From contig CM060733.1 in NCBI GenBank assembly GCA_030704615.1, forward strand, positions 55,490,001 to 55,554,000: 64,000 bases of DNA. Reading direction: 5' to 3'. The first letter of the stretch is position 1, and the number at the start of each line of letters is the position of its first letter. The position numbers and the translations under genes are program-made. Source of the DNA: Takakia lepidozioides (taxonomy: Eukaryota > Plantae > Bryophyta). Of this stretch, positions 12,722 to 24,837 are shown one piece after another. The notes below the pieces were generated by a model. It searched no databases and was not told the DNA's origin. It was given only the letters and a program-made list of their open reading frames with translations.

Positions 12722-13419
12722 AGGCAGAAAAATTTAAGGAACATCTTGTGATTGATTATGTAGTCTAACATATCTTGTATGACTTTATAGCTGCAGAAAC
12801 TGACGAGGCAGGGATGATGTGAAAATTGCAGGATGCCAAGCTGTCAAGATGCACAGTTTTACTCGAATTGCGATTTGAAAAGAGTCACAAAGCCTGAAAC
12901 AGTGGATGTCACATGCTTTCTTCAAAAATTCCAGGTACGTTTTTTGATAGAAGCAATGAACTCAAAGGCATTAAATGTGATCGACTCTATAGTAATTATA
13001 TATGTACTATTTGTTTTTCAGGGACAACTTGCACCCTGATCTATGAGGAGATCTTTCACCCCCCTGCCACTCCATTTCGTGAGCCCAATAAAAAAAAATG
13101 GTAAAGAAGCACTTCATCGGAATTGTCATCTCACACTTCTTCACAATCGCAAGCTCCTGAAAGAGTGGCTCGGAGATGCGGGATACTACTCAGAGCTCCC
13201 CAACCTCCGGGATGATGTTGACGCTCGTTTGGAAATCAAAAATCTAATTACTATGAAGCACAATGTACTCTAGTAGCACTCAGTTTTGGATCAGTACTCA
13301 CTTATAGATGGCATCCGGAGGACATCTACAAAGCAGCAAAAGAAATGCTACACTATTATCGAAAGAAGGACACCGGGAGAAAAGTCCCCAATTTAATATA
13401 TATATATATATATATAATA

Positions 13420-13560
13420 GAATTGCATTTTGTCATGATAGAGACCCTAACCAATCAATTATGTGTAAACGTGAAAAATATGAACCGCTCATCTTAGCCC
13501 TTCGTCACCTTGGATGGAACACTGCCCCTTTGACTATCATTACCGTTTGGTGTCCATCCA
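13420..13560 (+). mobile_element. Short fragment of a restriction-like endonuclease (RLE) LINE 3' region
   Basis: IAFCHDRDPNQSIMCKREKYEPLILALRHLGW...PLTIIT parallels FTFFHDRYPNYSILEKRQKYAPLILAIRRYGW...PLTVIT in the copy at about 14780-14900. Confidence 0.6.
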
Positions 13561-15159
13561 TTTCGTGAACTGGAACTTCGCCCTGTCCTCCTCCCATTCA
13601 TCCCCGGCCAAAGCCTCCCTCATTCTCACACGAACGTCATGGAGGGTGTTGCTTCTTCCTTGATGACTGCAAACCTTTGATTGAGAACAACAGAGGCCGC
13701 AGTGCCAGGTGTGACCATGGAGGCACCGGTCTTTTTTCTTTGAGCTCCATGCACCCGGTATCTACCGGCACAAACTTTCCATTCCTTGCATGCTCCCGAT
13801 TTAGTGGGAAGACAAAGGTGAATCCTGGCCATACCACCGTCAACATTATAAATCTCTTGCAAAACATTGCATGTGCTGATTTCAAATTTGAATTGCGATG
13901 CGAGGACGTCGTCCCCACATCATCACCCCTACCGCAACCTCATTGCCGCCATTGTCCAAAGGGCCATTTCCAAAAACCATCCAGTCCATTTCCTCAAAGT
14001 CCGCTCGCACACTGGCATTCATGGTAATGAGGAAGCAGACCTACTCGCTCAACTCGGGGCCTCTCAACCCACAATCAAACCCACAACCGACCCTATTCAC
14101 ATCGCCCATACCCACCCCTTCTGGTTCATACACCCCGTCCCGGACCCCCCTGCACCTAAACCAATCCAATACCTTCTGACTACTCTGACCAGAGAAGCAA
14201 ACAAGCAAGCTGCAGCCTCCCTCAGTCTCACCAAAGTACACATCCAAAAATGGACTCAATCAAATGTATTGCACCATAAACTCTCAAGTTATTTCTGGCT
14301 AACCAAAGCTACCACTGACGCACAAATCTGACAAACACTCAAATTCAAATACGCCCAATACATGGGTCATCAGCGCAAACACATCTTCTGGCCACATATG
14401 TTCCCATCTCCATATTGCCCATTATGTTCAACCACTCACCAAGCTCGTGACACCTGGCCACATCTCCTCAACCAATGTACACTCCCGATCATACATGGCC
14501 TTCACATCACGCGACACAACCAGGCAGTCTGGCATCTCCATAAGCTCTTTCTAAACCATGCTGAAACCAGACGGTTCTCGCTCATAAACGCTGGCACCTA
14601 CCGAGGTCGGCTACCCGACCACACTGTGTCACCCTGGCTGCTACTGTGCATATGTACCCGATCACCATGCTCATGCCCTGCTAGGCTTTGCCCAGACATA
14701 CTCTTTGTACAAGGCCTACCCATTAACACCCTACCCCCCACCTCACCATCCCCACAATTCACCATTCATTTTATTGAATTCACATTTTTCCACGATCGTT
14801 ACCCCAATTACTCGATTTTAGAAAAACGTCAAAAATATGCCCCGCTTATCCTTGCAATCAGACGGTATGGCTGGAAAATTGGGCCATTAACCGTCATCAC
14901 CGCCGGTACTTGAGGCGGCATTCATAATGTCAGTATCACCGACATACATGATAACTTCAAAATTCCCACTCTTCCCATTCACAAATGCTTCAAAGCAATT
15001 CACCTCACGACACTCCATTCACTCACAGCTATTATCACCAACAAACTCTAACTGGAATCCAGCACCTCAATCGCACCCTAGGTCCCTTAGGGTACCCAGG
15101 GGTACCACAGACTACTTTCTACGGTCACTTGATGTCCTACAGGACACCTTTTTTTTATA

Positions 15160-15228
15160 GGGCCGTCCCTCGAAAGGGGGGAGTAGCCGCAAGGCGAAGT
15201 GGCTCTTAGTTACGCCGGCTTCGGCCGG
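15160..15228 (+). ncRNA. Structured RNA element (three-way junction with GNRA and UUCG tetraloops) in the LINE 3' UTR
   Basis: GGGCCG/TGGCTC encloses TCCCTC-GAAA-GGGGGG and AGTA-GCC-GCAA-GGC-GAA, followed by CCGGC-TTCG-GCCGG. Confidence 0.55.
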
Positions 15229-15230
15229 AG

Positions 15231-15231
<1 letters not shown>

Positions 15232-15262
<31 letters not shown>
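15232..15262. repeat. (CT)n microsatellite
   Basis: Seen directly; it abuts the LINE 3' end. Confidence 0.95.
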
Positions 15263-15264
<2 letters not shown>

Positions 15265-15849
15265 AGGGGCAGTAGCAGGGAGTGCTCAGGGGCCAACACC
15301 TGGTGGGAGTTCCACCACTACAACAGCAGGTCCTCAAGGACCAACACCAACAGGAGGACCAACACCTGTCTATCATTTGTGCGGTTGCCGCTGCTGTTTC
15401 TAGTTGACCATCTACCCAACAACCTAACTTACAGAATTCAATGTACATCTCACAGCCAAATCTGATGAGAGGGCAAAACAGGCTGAAATAGGTCGAAGAA
15501 GAAGGTGCCCACACCACATTGTCTTTAACCTTGTGGCATGACCCATGGAGGATTTGACCATCAACCCAAAATGACCCCTTGTGTGTGCTGCTTGTGTCTG
15601 TAGTCAGACGATGTCGGATTGGTTTGTGAGAACCACCACGGTGCAGCTGAGTAGACATAGATTGAAACACGGCCTGCCAAGACCGAGCTGACTCTCCCAA
15701 GAACCTTGTAACCATAATCAGGAAGAATATCAAATCATGGTACTAACAGGAGCCAAAAGCCCACATGTGCAGGATGGACAAACTTCGTACATTAAGAAAA
15801 AGCCACACTTTGCGATTGCGGTTGTCCCACCATCCTGAGTGACATATGA

Positions 15850-16381
15850 ATGACATATGGTACAATTTCAACTTTGACGATGTCACCATGGACCTCTTCC
15901 CCTTTTCCAGAGCTCCCAGGCTTGCACATGCATTGCAAACACAAACAAATGTTATGTGGTTGGGCTTCACCCCTTCGCGCAGAATTTGTTCATAGGTCTC
16001 AAAAGCATTCCTACCACACCCATGCTTGGTAAATCCTGCCAACATTATATTCCACGTGATCAAAGATCGTTGAGACATTCTGTTGAATGCTTGGTGAGCA
16101 TCCATGATGCTCCCGTCCTTAACGTACATGTTGACAAGGGTGTTGAGTAGAAAAACATTTGGCGTGAATCCACTTTGGATAATGTGCATGTGCACCTGCT
16201 TTCCAGCTTCCAGACCTTTCATCTTGATGCACTTAAGCAAGAGACAGACATAGGTATCTGAATATGCTGAAATGCCTCCTTGGTTTAAAGTCTGTAGAAC
16301 CTCTGTTAGTCTGCCTGCCTCACAAAGCATCTTCACATGCGCAGAAATGCCACTTGATCCTCTTTCAGAAGCTGTGGTCAT
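15850..16381 (-). pseudogene. Truncated PLS-class PPR paralog (N-terminal part), inverted relative to the copy at 1151
   Basis: MTTASERGSS...HVKMLCEAGRL...TLNQGGIS...LNTLVNMYVK closely matches the 1151-1800 region and ends after about one PLS unit. Confidence 0.88.
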
Positions 16382-17429
16382 CGTTGAGGTGAGCATTCCA
16401 GAGCTTCTCCTCGTCTCTGTTATCTGTTTTCCGTTTCTTTCCTGTTGTCACATTGGAAAGTAACATGTCAAAATCACTCCAAAACCACCATAGATCCACC
16501 AACAAGCTAACTTGCAGAGTTCAACATCAAAATTTAGGACGACTTTGATAACATGCATCTCAGGGCGAAGAAGAAGGTGAAATAGGTCGAAGAAGAAGGT
16601 GCCCTCACCACATTGCGTGAAACCCCTCCGTGCTCGAACCGCTGGGCATCCCTTCCCCACGCAGTTTTTCGGGTATTTCGGGCAAATTCCAAAGAAATTG
16701 ATGACGACAATGATGTGACTACGATGACCGGACTACGATGATGACATGGCAACGATGACGTGGTACTATGGCACCCTATTCCTAAACTAGGTCGCTATAA
16801 TTGTGGGGCCCAACAGACTAGCTGATGTGTTTTGTGGCCCCAGCAGATTGCTTGCTGGGCAGACCCACCAAGCTGGCCTGGTAGGGGTGCTCCTACCTTC
16901 CGTGACCCCCTTTACCACACGCGGGCCCGCCGCGGCCACAGGCGCGAGAATTTATGACCCTATTATTGTTAAATGAGAAGCATTTGATCATGTCACTCAA
17001 ATCCTTCAAAAATTACCAAAAATGGATATGTTTATCCAAAGGCCCCAATAAATGGGCTCCACTTTCAACGGTGATGTAGGAGGAAGGTACAGGTACGTAC
17101 TAAGCACATAATGTAAGGTCAAGTTCTTTAAAAAGTTAATTTTATGAAAGTTACAGCAATTTTCATTTAAGGGGTCATGTTTTTCAAAAAGTCAAACCAT
17201 AGCACTGGCCGTTTAAGGGTTAATCGTCTTGATATCATTATTTTTTCCACAGCATTTTCTGATATAAAGTAAATAACCTAGGGTAAACATCTTTTACATT
17301 CACAAGTATATGACTTACCATGAATTATTGATATTTTACAGCTTCGATCCTGCTTTAGCTTGAGCATGTACAAAGAAACTTCATGAAAGACATCAGCCAC
17401 ATAAAAGCTGTAATATGAAGCAAAGGCCT

Positions 17430-20400
17430 TCAGAGGTTAAACATGACTTTGATGGCGCTACCCCCTTTGGCACTAGTCTCAAACGCATCCTCTACCTCCT
17501 CTTGAGAGAAGCCAAAACGGTTGGTGATGAGGGGCTTCACATTGATCTGACCACTTTTGAGTAAGTTCAAGCACAATGGATATGTGTTCCTGTAACGAAA
17601 GACGCCCAGAATATCCACTTCACTGCAGCACAGAAATTCCCATTGAGAGAATGCATTCACAAGACGTTCTTTGATGTAGCCCCATCAAAGAGAGAGTACA
17701 TCCGCAGAGGGCCCAAGGTACACAGCACAGAGGTAAGTCTACCAAGATGACCTACTGGTCTTTGATCAACTTCACTAACTTAAGGTTGCCTTTGGAGTTA
17801 TTTTACTCACCCTTTCCTAGCACAAAAAGGAAAGAAGAGGAACCGACTTTGAATGACTGAATGTCTATGTAGAAGCAGCTGGTTATACATTTGAGATCTA
17901 GAGAATTTGTACGAATGGAAAGGAAGAAACTCTACACATCCACAGGAAGCCCAAAAAGCTTATGGGACGAGAGGCTCAGAGAGAAAGAGAAAAGAGGTTC
18001 CTGACTGTCAGAACCGCAATCTCTTTCATCACAAAGTGACACATGCGGCATACACTCCCACTTGTCACCCCTATCGCTCCAAAGGAGAACAAGTTACATC
18101 TGATAGCAGTAGCCATTCACCACATCTTACCGTGCAGCTGCTGGCGTGAGTGGGACGGTCATTTCATGATGCCCCATGCCCACAAGACAAACACGTCCAC
18201 CAGACCGGGTAGCCTTCAAAGCTGTGGTCATCGTTTTTTGGAATCCCCCACAGTCGCATGTCACGTCGATAGGACCTTCCATAGCTTCTTGGAGTGCTGT
18301 CACTTCTTTGTCCACATCCTGGACCCCACCAACATACAACCTCCATTTACATTCTAAATAGCAAAAATTAAGTGTAAAACAAAATGCTATGATCAGATTG
18401 TCCACCTCTCTCTTGTGCAGACTGCAACACTGCAAGGAAGAAAGTACACATGTCATCACTTAGCTGGGTACTCCAAAGTTAACAGTTTCCATTACTGTGG
18501 GTGTCTACGTGTATACAGTAAGTGCTGCAGAGAATCAATCTGAGGCATGTCATCAATACTTATTTTCTACCTCATCAGTCCACACTAAGTTTTACGGGAA
18601 TAGTCAGATTATAAACATGAACCAGGTGTGAATGAATTGTTCAGTCCTGACAATTGCTGCCTACCTGTGCAGCTTATTGGCTCCATTACTGCTTCTCCGG
18701 CCTGAGCTAGACTTTGAAAAAGTTTTTGATAAAGTTGAGTGGCCAATGTTAGTACTAAGGAAAACGGGGCTCTCGGAGGATTTCTGCCATTGGGGTTCCA
18801 TCATACTCTACAATGCAACAAGCCGGGTCACCATAAATGGATTCATCTCAAAGCCTTTGGACTTGCAACTTTCTGTAAGGCAGGGCTGCCCCTTGGCCCC
18901 CTTCCTATTTGTGCAGACTCTCTTGGCCACCTACTGGACAGCAACCCGGACATCAAGGGTCTGCAAACCCCATGTTTGTGGACGATACAATTCTGTACTT
19001 AGAAGCTAGCCCGGCAAACACGAGTGCAGCCACAGCTACATTAGCCACCTACTGTGTGAGGCCTCAGGCTTTAAAACCAACGAGTAAAATCATTAGCTCT
19101 TTTGGTTGGTGACAAAACAAATTCCACGCTTAGTGCCGTCCCTAATTGGGGTTAAGCTATGGGTCTCAAATGGTGAAGTCTGGGGGTTTTCCAAACAGCC
19201 CAGATGGCCTTCCAAAGCGGGGAGCCTGTGAACTTGTGTTTATATCCTTGCATTCTCCACCTTAGGGATGGACCCCATCCTTTGGATTGAAGTGGTGAGC
19301 TGCAGGAAATGTGGGGGAAAGTGAGGTGTTTCCGCCAACCACCCTCTGGGCCAAGGAACCTGACCACCCACTTCCCCAATATTAGAGCACTAATCTGCGT
19401 GTTGGGGTCCATGATGCCGGGCCCCCCTTCTCTTTTGGGAGACAGGTTTGAGCCCACGAGACCGCTGGCCTTTGGTTGAAGTTGCGGATAGTGTTTCTGA
19501 TCTCGTTGATCTCAGGGGCCGAGGGGCTCCAGACTGAGGCAAAGTACCAATACTGGCAAGGAGGATTTGGCTCGCTACCAGGGCTCTACCTGTGATGGAT
19601 AGATGCCTAAAGCCCTAGTAGACCAGTTTCTTCTTTAGTTTGGTTAGCACTCCCCCTATTCTTTGCTCATCCATGAGATTAATCCGAAAAGAGTGGCCTA
19701 GCAGGGTTGTAACATACCAAGTAGCACTGAAGCAGGAATGCATCTCAGCAAGAAAGAACATCCTTGTATCTTGCCACAGAAGAGGATCAACCCCAATCCT
19801 CCCTCAGTCCAGCCGGCAGTAAGTGGTCTTGTGATGGGGAAATTTATGAATGTTTAGTGCATTGTAGAAAAATCCATTTTATTCTTTCATTCGTCTCTCG
19901 TGATGCTTACAATGAATTAGCCCATGGTAGCCCAAATCCCTGTATGCAGAAATTCCTCTGTTGTCACATAGCAGAAGTGACTCCACAACTCGCAAATTCA
20001 CCTCCACGTGCTACACTGGAAAGATATTTGCATACGGATTTTTGAAAGCTGAAAGATACTTACTGTGAGCAGGTTCGATACGTGAACTGTGGCATCAGCC
20101 CCAAGCTCCTTTGCAACCAACAAACGTTGGGCATTGACATCAGCAAGAATAATGCGGGGGGATCCAAAAGCCCTGGCAGCTAGCATAGTGACCAGGCCAA
20201 TGGGGCCTGCTCCCATAATCAAGACATTTGTACTGGGTCCAACTGCAGCGCGGCGGCAGGCATGTACTCCCACGCTCAGAGGCTCACACATGGCTCCCTC
20301 CTCCAGTGAGACATTTTCAGGAAGCTTGAAGCAAAGATCTGCTGGATGAACCACCTGTTGCATCTCCATCATTCACAGACAAAAGGAGAATAAGCAGAAA

Positions 20401-22019
20401 GTGGTTTCTATGACATACATTTGGATTTTTGCAAAGATGTCTCAGAGAGAATACTCCATGTACAGAGCAAGCAATCTCACACTATTAAGACTTATTCGTG
20501 GTCTGAGACTGTTGGGCAGGCCTAATAAACCTCTGCGTTTGAGGCAGGCCAAGATATTACAATTCAAGAAGGCCTCCTTTTGAACACAAATTTTCTTTTC
20601 TGGAAAAAAAGCAGAAGAAATCATACATGGCGAGCAAGAGAGCCATGAATCGGAGGAGTTGCAAAAAACTCCATCTCTGGGCACAGATTATAGAAGCCTT
20701 CTTTGCACAAATTGCAACACCCACATGCAACTCCCGGCTCCAGTGCAACACGATCCCCCATAGCCAAGTGTTTCACATCACTGCCAACCTTTACGACAAT
20801 TCCCGCGCACTCATGTCCTATGACCATAGGCTCCTTCACCACAAAATCTCCACACCGCATATGCTGCCATTCCCCTCCCATCCCTTTGGGTTAAGATGTC
20901 CAACTCTCCCTTCCTTAGAATATTCTACAACCTTCTCATAATTTTGATCACTACTTTTAACCCAAAGGGACAAAGTTCGAGTGCGCTAGTAGACTACTCC
21001 ATTAATCTCAACATGTGTGACACCAATAAGCTGTTGTACTTAGAGAGTATCTTCTTTCCACTTCTTACCAAACTCGATAGATAAAAGAGCCATGACAGGA
21101 GTGCATGGAACAAGGCAGACAAGTCATTAATGCATGCATACCTTGAGATAATGGACATCACTACCACAGATGCCAACTGCCTTTATCCTCACTTTCACCT
21201 GCATGCTGCCTGGGGTCCCGATACTGAATGAATATGTTGAATCTTGGTGCGAAATATGCAGTAGATGGCATACTTTTAACTGTTAAACTAATCAGTAACC
21301 AACCAGAGAGAGACCACACTATACTTATTGAGCTATGATTCACCCAAATTCCATAGAATCGACTTTTCAGAGTATCACCACTATACTAACACAAGGCTCA
21401 AGCAGGAGGACTGGATCAGTTGGGTGCCTCTCCAGCCTACCACCCAGCTGCGTCTGTCTTAATCTTTAGGCTACATAGTCTTTTAAATGATAGCAACACG
21501 TGACAGTGCATGTGTCTGGGTGGCAGATATAACAGCAACGTGCTCGGCAGACTCCGTAGATCAAAACTAGAATTGTGGCTTTTGTGGCTCATCACCGATA
21601 ATAGTTAAGCTCTCAGGATCACCTTTGCACAACGTTGTACGCAATTGCCGTAGAAAGGTGGCCAGAATGTACGTGAGAGGGACAATTTCAAGCTCATCGT
21701 GAACAAAGGAATCAAATTGTTCGACTACTCGTTATGTGAAGTTATCTGGCTCCAGATCTAGGGGGTTACCCGTGCTATGCTTGGAAGAGAACATATGGAC
21801 ACACGCAAACCAAGTCTTGAATCCAACACCAGGATAAAGACACCCACCGATTACAGCGGGTAATTTGAAAGGCTGCACTTTGAGATTGTCGATGCCCATC
21901 ACGAAAACCGCCAGATTTTCCTCTTCACCGGGCTTCATCTCCTCATTTGCCAGGCTATCCTTCACATGTACCTCATCGTGTGCCCTGCCTGTGAGAATTG
22001 GGTCTGAATCTATTCCCAT
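17430..22019 (-). CDS. SDH: Sorbitol dehydrogenase / L-idonate 5-dehydrogenase (Zn-dependent MDR), 6 exons
   Basis: Exons 22019-21848, 21209-21142, 20863-20627, 20354-20064, 18318-18131 and 17622-17430 splice in frame. Motifs: GICGSDVHY, GHECAG, structural-Zn cysteines, GAGPIG, C-terminal AIKVMFNL*. Confidence 0.95.
18700..19720. mobile_element. Decayed L1/Tx1-type LINE RT fragments in SDH intron 4, internally inverted
   Basis: + strand 18700-19140: LDFEKVFDKVEW, VRQGCPLAPFLF, FVDD. - strand 19720-19150: post-RT region LSITGRALVASQIL and LPKREGGPGI. Confidence 0.8.
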
Positions 22020-24153
22020 CGTACCAGTTTAGACCCTCCACTTGTTCACTGAAAACACAGTATCCACCCAATGCAGAGAAACAGATTGATGGTTACTTAG
22101 TCTGTCTGCAAAGGACCACCACTACAAGAGCAGGCGACCTCAATTTCAGGATGCTTGCTAAGAAGCTCAGTTGCACCGTCCCTGATTCTGCAGTGTAACT
22201 ATATGTAGCTGTATGTAAGGGTGGTGCCTAGTCCCGGACAGCAGTACAAAAATCATAATAAGATCTTAGCATGTGGGTTGTATGTGTGGCAAGCCTCCTC
22301 CACTACATGTGGCAAACTGTTGTACATTCCAGCCCTGTCATGATCTTAAGTACAAGAGTCAAGGAAAACCTGGCCTTGGCTGTGGGGGATATTATAAACT
22401 GTCCAGCTGACTCATCCTCAGAGGGAATCCAATACTCATTAGGCCAGTTTTCGAACCCTCAGTCCTCTACGTGTCAAGCCTGCCTAGCAAATACAGGGAC
22501 CCACCTTTTCTGCTACTACAAACATTTGCAGGTATAATAAGTAATAAGCAATTCGTTTGAGTCTGCAAAGATTAGGGGCCAAACATGGGCACGGCAGCAC
22601 ATGAAGACATGTGGGGGCCCTTGTAGATTTTTGACAGAAAGCATATGAACAAATGAATGATACGAAACGTGTCCCGGATAGACCAGCTTGCATGAGCCAG
22701 TTCTCCTTTGGCAGTCAGGACCGTGATGTAGCCATAGATTGGTTGCTGAAGCCGACTGCAACTTGATCCATAATGCAGGCACTCCTGGACAAAGTCTCTG
22801 TAGCTTAGAAGCTTCGAAGATGCAAATCACTTTCATTGCAGGGACAGACTATAAATCAACCATAGGGTGGCCTTGCTGAAGCTGGCTCGAGAAACATCTC
22901 CATGAAATTTCGAGCTGTAGAGAGTAGTGCGAGTAAGAAGCTTGTTGTGCGCTTAAGCGAGCATCCCACTGTTTGTGTGAGGCATACCAGAGACTATCAT
23001 TTGCCTCTTGCTGTTTCTGTGATCTATGAGGTACTGTGCTAGAAAGAGCTGGATGACCAAGCCCTATCAGATGTATCTTTTCATCTCTCAAGGAAGTGCA
23101 GGAGCCTGTTATGGCATTGAGGTTATTGTACTTCTTGGGGGCAGCCAACTGATCTCATACCATACTCGTAAAGAAGATTGAAGTGAGTGGGGAAGCATTG
23201 CATGTCTCTGTACTGAGAAATGGGTCCAGGCCGCACTGTACCACTCGCAAAACAAACTCCAATCGTCCAGTGGGTACATAATCCATTCTCTTGCATTCCC
23301 AGGAGAGGGGATTGAGCGCCAAAGACTGGATGGTCCATTCCAAACCAGTGCCCCTCATTCAAAGGCTTTATGACTCGTTAGACATTTGAGTTTGAGAGTC
23401 AGAGTTCCAGAGTAGTTAGTTGACCTTCGCAGCATAACCATTGCAGCATTCTCTCCTTCAACACAGGCGTTCAGGATCGGCCTACAGGACCTAATTTACA
23501 GTTAGACCGCTAACAAGAACTGTGACTGTTCTTGGCTTCCACCATGTTCAACATTTAGTGCACCCTTTGAAAGAAGACCCCCACTCACCACTGAGACCAT
23601 ACTTTCCGAATCCCCTGCAACTGTCCTGCCGTTACTCGGTCGTCTGTGGAGAGCCCTTCCATGTGTCCTGGTGCAAACCCGCTCTCGATCTAAAGAAAAA
23701 GAATGGGCGGATTTCGCCTTCGTCACATTTAGGGCTATGAGGAAACTATGTTCGCTCATGGCCCAAACTACGTGAAATGCAACACTCTCTCAAACTGCAA
23801 CTAAGGAGCGGAAAATTCGTGGGGTTTGCATTCATAGATAGTGGATCCTCTTTCTATTCGAATGGTTCATCCGATCAGTTTCAAAAGCTGATAGGTTTAC
23901 AAAATAAAGCTGTGTACAGCTCAAACCCCTACATTCCTCGTTTCCTACCAGTTAATGGTTGTAACTTTTCGACTTGTCCACATCTCCCTAAACCCCTTCA
24001 AGCTGCCTCAGCAAACCCATGTAGGCGTTCTTCAATCAGCAAGAGCTACCTGACGTGTACCGAATCAAAACCAGGAAAATCTTGAACGTTTCCAAGCAAA
24101 TCAAGCTCCGGCAATGTGATAACCGGTCTAGCCCGGCCACCTGCTGGAGACAC

Positions 24154-24260
24154 CGACAATCCAAGGCTTTGCTGTAAGTAGAGCGGAAGTCAGCTCTGGC
24201 GTAGCGACAATCCAAGGATTTGCTGTAAGTAGAGCGGAAGTCAGCTCTGGCGTAGCAACA
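24154..24260. repeat. 51-bp tandem duplication
   Basis: cgacaatccaagg...ctctggcgtag occurs at 24154 and 24205 with one mismatch. Confidence 0.9.
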
Positions 24261-24837
24261 ACCCAGCACACGGGAGGGAGAAAGATGACCGAATCTAGGG
24301 TTCCAAGATGGAATATTCTAGGGCGTGATTGATGGATGAAGGATCGCATCGCGGGTTCCATCCATCACGTCGGTTCTGGCTACTCGCGGCTAAACTCTGG
24401 CGATTGAAAAAGTTGCCCAGGCGGCGAAACCTGGCGAAACTCTGGCGAAACGCTGAAGCCCGTTAAAGATTACGGAATTCAAATTGCGGGGCCGACGTGG
24501 CGATGTTACTAGTAGGAAAAATCGGAGCGTAGCTAACTAACGTAGGCTTTGTGCGAATCTACGGACCTCAAGTCTGTGACGAGCGAGAGAAAGAAATGAG
24601 GGTTTGCGTGCTGGTCGTCGTGTACTCGATCACGCTGCGAATCACGCCTTCTGTGTTGCAATCACGCTGTCTGTGATCTTGCATTGTTAGGACGAACTGA
24701 TTGTGTTTATGTTAACTTTATTCTCGAAGCTGTTGTTTGGAGTTAGAGGAGAGGCGGTCTGCGTCCAGGAGGCTTCCAGACATTGCGGGTGAGCTTTGCG
24801 TTTGTTCGTGGTAGTTTGATATCTCTTGGGTGTAATC

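Larger units (their letters stand above)
13910..15262 (+). mobile_element. 5'-truncated non-LTR retrotransposon: RNase H, CCHC finger and RLE (RandI/Dualen-like 3' end)
   Basis: RNase H C-terminus KVRSHTGIHGNEEADLLAQLGA; CPLC...H....C zinc finger; RHN motif; PDILFV...IEF; KRQKY. In-frame stops, a structured 3' UTR and a (CT)n end. Confidence 0.8.

Noticed and set aside
15160-15206. Canonical hammerhead ribozyme or 16S rRNA helix-27 fragment
   Set aside because: The CUGANGA core is absent and the rRNA resemblance is limited to about 20 nt. Kept only as a generic structured RNA.
17205-17225. piggyBac-like end (AGGGTTAA)
   Set aside because: The only candidate partner (TTAACCCT at about 4592) matches for just 8 bp.
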